Assembly (NCBI GenBank): GCA_963804085.1
Contig: CAWDOQ010000002.1
Coordinates: 256,001 to 320,000 of the forward strand
Source of the DNA: Chlamydiia bacterium
GTDB taxonomy: Bacteria; Chlamydiota; Chlamydiia; Chlamydiales; Rhabdochlamydiaceae
DNA length: 64,000 nt
Direction: 5' to 3'
Under the pieces are notes generated by a model, which made no database searches, was not told the origin of the DNA, and saw nothing but the letters and a program-made list of their open reading frames with translations. The position numbers and the translations under genes are program-made. Shown in pieces: positions 58,419 to 64,000 of the stretch (the stretch's first letter is position 1; the number at the start of each line of letters is the position of its first letter).

Positions 58419-58751
58419 TTATTTTTCTTCAATGCTATTGCCGGGCTGTAAGGTCACCACAGCTTTTTTAAAGCCGGCTTTAAATCCGACTCTTCCGCGC
58501 ACACGGCGCTCTTTTTGCTTTACTGTGATCGTGTTGACTTTCATCACACGCACCTTTTTGTCTGCATAAATCTCTTCGACTGCTTGCGCAATCTCCTGCT
58601 TATTCGCTCTCTTGTCGACGATAAACACGTATTTAGGAGAGTCGCATTTTTTCACACATGGATTGCTCTCATTTGATTTGAGCTGCTCCAGCATTTTTGC
58701 TTTTTCAGTGAGATAACGGGACTTGATAACGTCGTAAGGGCTTTTTTTCAT
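58419..58751 (-). CDS. rplW: 50S ribosomal protein L23
   Basis: TEKA, ANKQEIAQAVE, KKAVVTL. Confidence 0.96.
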   Translation of the reverse strand: MKKSPYDVIKSRYLTEKAKMLEQLKSNESNPCVKKCDSPKYVFIVDKRANKQEIAQAVEEIYADKKVRVMKVNTITVKQKERRVRGRVGFKAGFKKAVVTLQPGNSIEEK

Positions 58752-58754
58752 AAA

Positions 58755-59480
58755 TTATGCCTTTCCTCCCATTAACACCATGAGTTCATCTACAGCGGGC
58801 TCTAAAAGCACGATCTCGTAGCTTACGGCGATGTCATATCCGCTGGCATTAGGAAGAAGAAGGAACTGTGTTTTAGGGATGTTGCGTAAGCTTTTGTGAA
58901 ACGCGCCATATTTTTCGCCTGGGAGCATGCTCGCTTGCACAGCTTGCCCTTCGCTCTTTTTTGCACCCTTCTTTTTAGATGCTTTTTCGGCTGTTACAAC
59001 TCCTTCTCCTAAAAAGAGAATGCGCTTTCCAACGAGCTCTCTAGTTTTAAGAAAATCGGCGACACTCTTTGTCTTTGGAGCGTCAAACTTATCGAATGTC
59101 AAAATGTGAATATTGTTTTGCTGGATCTTCTCTGCAAGAAGTGTGCGAATTGCTGCACGCTTCTCTTTTCTATTGATACGGACGTGCTGATCAAATTTAG
59201 GACGTGGCGCATGGACTCTTCCGCCCCCTTTGTACTGAGGAGCTCCGAGATATCCTTGTCGTGCGCGTCCTGTGCCTTTTTGCGGATGCGGTTTCTTACC
59301 GCTATGGCACACTTCTGCTCTAGTCTTAGTGTTTGCAGACCATTGGCGCGCATTAGCACGCAGGGCCACGATATAATCTTTGATCATCTGATTGTTTGAT
59401 TTCGTGTCGAGAAGGTCATCCGCGATTTCCACCTTCCCCACTTCACTGCCTGTAAGATCGTATTTCTTTAGAATCGCCAT
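58755..59480 (-). CDS. rplD: 50S ribosomal protein L4
   Basis: KPHPQKGTGRARQG, GGGRVHAPRP. Confidence 0.97.
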   Translation of the reverse strand: MAILKKYDLTGSEVGKVEIADDLLDTKSNNQMIKDYIVALRANARQWSANTKTRAEVCHSGKKPHPQKGTGRARQGYLGAPQYKGGGRVHAPRPKFDQHVRINRKEKRAAIRTLLAEKIQQNNIHILTFDKFDAPKTKSVADFLKTRELVGKRILFLGEGVVTAEKASKKKGAKKSEGQAVQASMLPGEKYGAFHKSLRNIPKTQFLLLPNASGYDIAVSYEIVLLEPAVDELMVLMGGKA

Positions 59481-59486
59481 AAAGCC

Positions 59487-60143
59487 CTATTTCTTTACCT
59501 GCTGAGATGCGTTTTTTTTCTTTGCTTTAGTGATGTAGACGAGTCTTCCACGTGCGCCAGGAATTGCTCCTCTAACGATAATCACTTGTTTTTCCGCATC
59601 GATTTTTACAACTTTTAAATTTTGCACGGTGACTGCCTCGGCACCCATGTGGCCCGCCTTCTTTTGTCCAGGCAAGCAGCGTCCAGGAGAAGTACGCATA
59701 CCGCAAGATCCGCCGTGTCTATGGAAACCAGAACCGTGTGCAGCAGGTCCGCCGGCAAAGTTGTGGCGCTTAATAACACCCTGATATCCTTTACCTTTAG
59801 AAATCCCTGCAACGTCGACGTACGTGCAATCTGCAAACTGGGCCACGCTGATCTCCTGACCTGGTTTAAACTCTTCCACTTTCTCTACGTGCGATTCAGC
59901 AAAATATCTTCTGGGTTCAACTCCTGCTTTTGCAAAGTGTCCATGCATCGGTTTCGTGATGCTCTTTGGCTTAGGCTGTTTAAAAGCAGCGAGCTGCACG
60001 GCATTATACCCATCGATCTCTTTCGTCTTGATTTGAGCGACGACATGAGGCTCGGCAGAGATCACGGTACAGGGGACTAGATTGCCGTTCTCATCGAACA
60101 GCCTCGTCATTCCCATCTTTTTTCCCATCATTTTTAGCGTCAT
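59487..60143 (-). CDS. rplC: 50S ribosomal protein L3
   Basis: GKKMGMT, SKGKGYQGVIKRH, GHMG. Confidence 0.98.
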   Translation of the reverse strand: MTLKMMGKKMGMTRLFDENGNLVPCTVISAEPHVVAQIKTKEIDGYNAVQLAAFKQPKPKSITKPMHGHFAKAGVEPRRYFAESHVEKVEEFKPGQEISVAQFADCTYVDVAGISKGKGYQGVIKRHNFAGGPAAHGSGFHRHGGSCGMRTSPGRCLPGQKKAGHMGAEAVTVQNLKVVKIDAEKQVIIVRGAIPGARGRLVYITKAKKKNASQQVKK

Positions 60144-60288
60144 AAACTTATCCTTTATCCATTATTCGCCGTAAAACACTCGTGTAATAAGAGTGGAGAA
60201 AGCTAAGCGAAGAGGCTAGCAAAATTCTTGATTTTCAGACAATCGAAAATGTTCTACTGAATTAGAAAGATACTCAAGAAGTGCCATT

Positions 60289-60669
60289 TCACTCAACTTT
60301 TTTCTTCTTTGGCCCCCTTTTTGGAAGGGTAGTTTTAGCAGGGACAAAGAGGGTATCTGAAGAATAATAGACCCTTTTTATTTTTAATTTCCGCCTATCG
60401 GCATTTTTTTGTAGTTTTACTGTTTTTAAGACCTCGCGCAAGGTGATGCCGGGTGGAAAGTGGTAGATACCGGGCGAGACTACAGCCCCTTCGATTTTCA
60501 AAGAGAGGAGGGGTGCAGACTGGCGAAAACCGACCTGAATCTCTTCTTTTACGACACGGTCCGCTCGCCAAGAGATGGCTCCTAAAGAAAAGATGATACC
60601 GCCCACCAAGACTACAGCTATCCACTCGCGGATTAAGAGCTTAGCTTCGGGCAGATCCCGATCTGACAT
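60289..60669 (-). CDS. Membrane-anchored SLBB-domain (ComEA N-terminal-like) protein
   Basis: One TM, then IEGAVVSPGIYHFPPGITLREVL. Confidence 0.7.
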   Translation of the reverse strand: MSDRDLPEAKLLIREWIAVVLVGGIIFSLGAISWRADRVVKEEIQVGFRQSAPLLSLKIEGAVVSPGIYHFPPGITLREVLKTVKLQKNADRRKLKIKRVYYSSDTLFVPAKTTLPKRGPKKKKVE

Positions 60670-61247
60670 GTTCCTCCGGCGTTTAAGGCAGAGAAGAAAC
60701 TCAAGAGAAAAATACTGGTGTTCCAGACCTCAAAAAAGGGAATCCCCACAAACATCGCGACAATTCCTAAAATCGCTAAAACAAGGGTACAGACGCGCGA
60801 GACCAGATAAAAGAGAGCCGCATTTCTTTTTTGATACCCCTCTATCTCAGTCTCCTTGACCTCCATGAGCTCCCAGGCATTGCCGAGCTTGTACGCCTCT
60901 TCTGCAATGCCAAAACAGGCGATGAGGGCAGACGCCCCATAACCAAACAGTTTGGAGACAGCGAGAGCTGTTTCTCCTAAAGAGATGACTTTTACAGAGT
61001 CTGCCCAAGTCGCAAGAGTTGCGCTTCCATAGACAAAATTGATCCCATTTCGCGCAAATTGCATAGGAGCAACTCTTTCGCCACAGAGGCACGAAGAGGT
61101 GTCGCAGACGACGCGAGCCGCGCTATCAACCCAAATAGCTGCCCAAAAAATGCCGAAAATGGTGTTGGCGGGGCTGGAGGTCACTTCATCAAAGCCAAGC
61201 CAAAATGGAGTCGGCGCAACCGGTGTTGTAAGGGAAATAGATGTCAT
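60633..61247 (-). CDS. Hypothetical membrane protein (Inc-like), third of a tandem trio
   Basis: S/T-rich N-terminus; C-terminal hydrophobic hairpin. Confidence 0.65.
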   Translation of the reverse strand: MTSISLTTPVAPTPFWLGFDEVTSSPANTIFGIFWAAIWVDSAARVVCDTSSCLCGERVAPMQFARNGINFVYGSATLATWADSVKVISLGETALAVSKLFGYGASALIACFGIAEEAYKLGNAWELMEVKETEIEGYQKRNAALFYLVSRVCTLVLAILGIVAMFVGIPFFEVWNTSIFLLSFFSALNAGGTCQIGICPKLSS

Positions 61248-61253
61248 ATTAAA

Positions 61254-61934
61254 TCATGCAGGTTCAAAGCACATGCGCTCATAAAAAACTGCTGATATTT
61301 TTGCAGAGATGTAAATAGTAGACAAGCCAAGAGTCACGGGGGGCATCAGAAAAATAACCCCGAATGCAGCCTCGATCACAAGAGCTAACAGCCCAAGCGC
61401 TGCCATCGCAATAGAGGCGATGTCTCGCACCAGCTTCAAGAGCGGAAGCCAGGGATCCTCTTCTGTATACATCTTTTGAAGCAGCTCATTAAACGATGCC
61501 ACATCGGAATAAAGAGAGGTAGCATTGTAGATCCCATCCAGAATCGGAAAAGAAGCTCCTCCCAAATGGATCCACTCGCGCGCATGCAGATGCATGGCTG
61601 CTTTACAGCCTCTATTTACAAAATCGGCTCCTTGCACAAACGCGCTATCCCACGCCTTCTGAACTTTTTCCGGGTTCGGATCGAAGAACTCTTTTGCACA
61701 AAGCGCATCGATAAATTTAGCGCCTTCTGCAAACGCAACAGGCCAAGCCATAAATGAAGAGCCGTCTGCACTCATGTTCTTGATGCAGTCTAAAACCCCG
61801 CCCTTGCTTCCGCTTTCGGGCGAAAGCGTTTGCACCCAATGCGCACCTGTATGGAAAATTTCGAAGAAATCTGTCGCGCCGCTTGTGGTCGTAAAATAGG
61901 ACCCTATTTGACCGCAAAAACTTAGGCGCGACAT
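61254..61934 (-). CDS. Hypothetical membrane protein (Inc-like), second of a tandem trio
   Basis: Likely start MSRLSF; C-terminal bilobed hydrophobic domain. Confidence 0.65.
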   Translation of the reverse strand: MSRLSFCGQIGSYFTTTSGATDFFEIFHTGAHWVQTLSPESGSKGGVLDCIKNMSADGSSFMAWPVAFAEGAKFIDALCAKEFFDPNPEKVQKAWDSAFVQGADFVNRGCKAAMHLHAREWIHLGGASFPILDGIYNATSLYSDVASFNELLQKMYTEEDPWLPLLKLVRDIASIAMAALGLLALVIEAAFGVIFLMPPVTLGLSTIYISAKISAVFYERMCFEPA

Positions 61935-61938
61935 GTTA

Positions 61939-62715
61939 TTATTTGTCAGTAGGAAGAGGAAGAGCTCTTCGTGTAAATTCTTTGACAATTGTAAACACCG
62001 TTGCACTCGTTGAACATATCAAAATATATGTTCCGGCCGACGCGATGGCGATAAAGAAAGCTGAAATCAACGCGATTGAAGCAAGTGCCACGTAAGAGAT
62101 GTTTATAATCAGATCGATGCTAGCACGCAAAACGATCGTATAACCCTCTTTGAGGGTTTTAATTTTCTCTGCTTCCAGCATATTTCTCTCTAATGTTCTC
62201 ACTGGAGTATCGGGCCAATCTGTATAGATCTTATTGATTCCATCGCCAATTTTGCAGATGTTTTCGTAAGTGCCCTTAATCATGTTGAATAAAAGAGCGC
62301 CTGAATTTATCTGGCTAACAGCGGCCATTGTGGCAGGAGCAAAAGATGCCACACGCGCATGGTACCACTCGGTGAGGTCGACGATAGGCGAGATGATGTC
62401 TATAGAAGAAAAGAAGAGACCTCCTATTGTGTTCACATCGGGGCAATCGTAGACTGCAACTGCACTTCCCAAGATCTTGTTGACTTTGCCAGGAACTTCA
62501 CCTGCCGCCATTAAGTTTTTTGCTTCTTTGGTAGCATTGCGCACATGCATCAGCTCCGGAGAGATTTGCGCTCCAGAAAACTTCATCCCGTCGACGACAT
62601 GGTAGGTAGGTTTCAAAATACCGTTTTTAATTCCGGCGGCGCTCGTTCCCCAGTCAGAAGCTTCGGTTAACCATCCTCTCCAGGAGTGGTCCATAGGTAG
62701 TCTCATAGTGGCCAT
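61939..62715 (-). CDS. Hypothetical membrane protein (Inc-like), first of a tandem trio
   Basis: RBS AAGGAG; C-terminal bilobed hydrophobic domain. Confidence 0.7.
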   Translation of the reverse strand: MATMRLPMDHSWRGWLTEASDWGTSAAGIKNGILKPTYHVVDGMKFSGAQISPELMHVRNATKEAKNLMAAGEVPGKVNKILGSAVAVYDCPDVNTIGGLFFSSIDIISPIVDLTEWYHARVASFAPATMAAVSQINSGALLFNMIKGTYENICKIGDGINKIYTDWPDTPVRTLERNMLEAEKIKTLKEGYTIVLRASIDLIINISYVALASIALISAFFIAIASAGTYILICSTSATVFTIVKEFTRRALPLPTDK

Positions 62716-62819
62716 AATTCAGTCTCCTTTAAAAATTGAGCTAAAAGTTTACCATTTTCAGCAATAAACGAAAATAAGAATTAAATTTTTACTTTAGCTT
62801 TCCCTCAGAGAATATTATT

Positions 62820-63818
62820 TTAATTTTGGATAAAAGAAATTTGTTGACGGATTCCATTGATAAATCCATCGACAGGCATCGCTTTTTTGCCTTCTAGCTG
62901 CACCTCTAAGAGAGCAAGCGCCCCTTCGCCGCAAGCGACGACCCACCCTTCCTTGGCATCAAAGGAGAGAAAAGAGCCTGGTTTTCCGGATTTCTCCGGG
63001 GCAAACTTGGTGCGTAAAATTTTCAAACGTTTTTTCTCGCCGCCTATTTCTACGAAGCACCAGGCTCCCGGACGCGGAGAGAGCGCTCGGATCTGGTCGT
63101 GGATCTTGCGTGCAGGCCTATTCCAATCGATCTTCTCTTCGAGGGGTGTGATTTTGGGGGCGAAGGTAGCATGGCTCGGATTTTGTGCTATCTTTTGAAT
63201 ACTCCCCTCTTCTTTGGCATGGATCACTTGTACGAGCGCAGGACATGCGAGGGTACAGAGCTCCTTATCTAACTCGCCCAGTGTCATGTTTTCGGGTATG
63301 GAGAGCTTCACCATCTCCAAGATGTCACCTGCATCCATCTCAAGCACCATCTCCATAATCGTCACTCCTGTCTCTTTGCAGCCGTCCATAAGTGCGCGCT
63401 GCATGGGGGCCGCTCCTCGGTATTTGGGAAGCAAACTCGCATGGACATTGATATTTCCTAGTTTTGGAATGTCGAGAAGATTTCTTTTGATGATCTCTCC
63501 GTAGGCCACTACGACAAAAAGGTCGGGCGCATAGGACTGCAAAGTGGCAGCAAATTCGGGTGTGGAGGCTTTTTCAGGCTGATAAAGAGGCAGTGTGGAT
63601 CCCAGCTTCTCTAAAGCAACTTTCACAGGCGGTGCACTAGATTTTAAAGAACGGCCGAAAGGACGATCGGGCCTTGTGACAACAGCAACAATGTTCTCTC
63701 CCTCTTTCAAAAGATAGGAAAGAACTTCTGCTGCAAAAGCGGAAGTACCGAAGAATATTATTTTAGACTTCTTGCTCGAGGAGCTCTTCATACTCGGCAA
63801 AGTCCTCTTGCGGCTCAT
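62820..63818 (-). CDS. fmt: Methionyl-tRNA formyltransferase (exact start uncertain)
   Basis: IIFFGT, VTRPDRP, NVHASLLPKYRGAAP. Confidence 0.97.
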   Translation of the reverse strand: MSRKRTLPSMKSSSSKKSKIIFFGTSAFAAEVLSYLLKEGENIVAVVTRPDRPFGRSLKSSAPPVKVALEKLGSTLPLYQPEKASTPEFAATLQSYAPDLFVVVAYGEIIKRNLLDIPKLGNINVHASLLPKYRGAAPMQRALMDGCKETGVTIMEMVLEMDAGDILEMVKLSIPENMTLGELDKELCTLACPALVQVIHAKEEGSIQKIAQNPSHATFAPKITPLEEKIDWNRPARKIHDQIRALSPRPGAWCFVEIGGEKKRLKILRTKFAPEKSGKPGSFLSFDAKEGWVVACGEGALALLEVQLEGKKAMPVDGFINGIRQQISFIQN

Positions 63819-64000
63819 GTGTGATGCCTTGTAGGCCGATCAAGCCGCGACGGGAATTGCGGCAAAACTCTACCCAGTGGAGGACATGCGGGTTCATCTC
63901 AACCTCTTTTTCGATAAGGTCGAGTGCTTCTGAGAGACGAAGCCCGGAGCGATAGGTCAATTTAAAGGCACGTGTAAGCGCCCTTCTGACCTCAATAGGA
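63763..64000 (-). CDS. lpxA: UDP-N-acetylglucosamine acyltransferase, 3' part (runs off the window)
   Basis: RRALTRAFKLTYRSGL..FCRNSRRG matches the LpxA C-terminal helical domain; chlamydial lpxA-fmt synteny. Confidence 0.8.
   Translation of the reverse strand, partial: PIEVRRALTRAFKLTYRSGLRLSEALDLIEKEVEMNPHVLHWVEFCRNSRRGLIGLQGITHEPQEDFAEYEELLEQEV

Noticed and set aside
47692-60143. Missing rpsJ, rpsN, rpmD, adk, infA, rpmJ and rpsD in the ribosomal cluster
   Set aside because: This is the normal chlamydial arrangement, not a novelty.

Overview
This window comes from a Chlamydiae (environmental chlamydia-like) chromosome. The evidence is grgA, the lpxA-fmt-(Inc-like)-rplC order, and an S10/spc/alpha cluster lacking rpsJ, rpsN, rpmD, adk, infA, rpmJ and rpsD. 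Core genes are rpsU-dnaJ, a bioB-F-D-A operon ending in a ferritin-like BioE-type gene, cyoABCDE, hemF, gapA, tRNA-Leu(TAA) and about 14 kb of ribosomal genes. Accessory parts include Fic, an orphan HipS-HTH gene, a Gp49/HTH toxin-antitoxin pair, DinD, a 5-kb autotransporter cassette bounded by 139-bp direct repeats, a complete IS3 inside an ABC transporter gene, and many candidate effectors with eukaryote-type addressing signals (CaaX, NLS, mitochondrial presequence, carrier-like fold). The best novel leads are: (1) a wHTH/beta-rich regulator divergent from the biotin operon with a palindromic operator; (2) an unannotated CxC-rich lipoprotein closing the cyo operon; (3) an Ile/Val/Leu-rich leader peptide ahead of a carrier-like + Pht-type MFS operon; (4) covarying tRNA-derived structured repeats behind tRNA-Leu. 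Several single-base frameshifts in homopolymers, including one in dnaJ, are probably assembly errors. All family assignments are from motif recognition by eye, not database searches.
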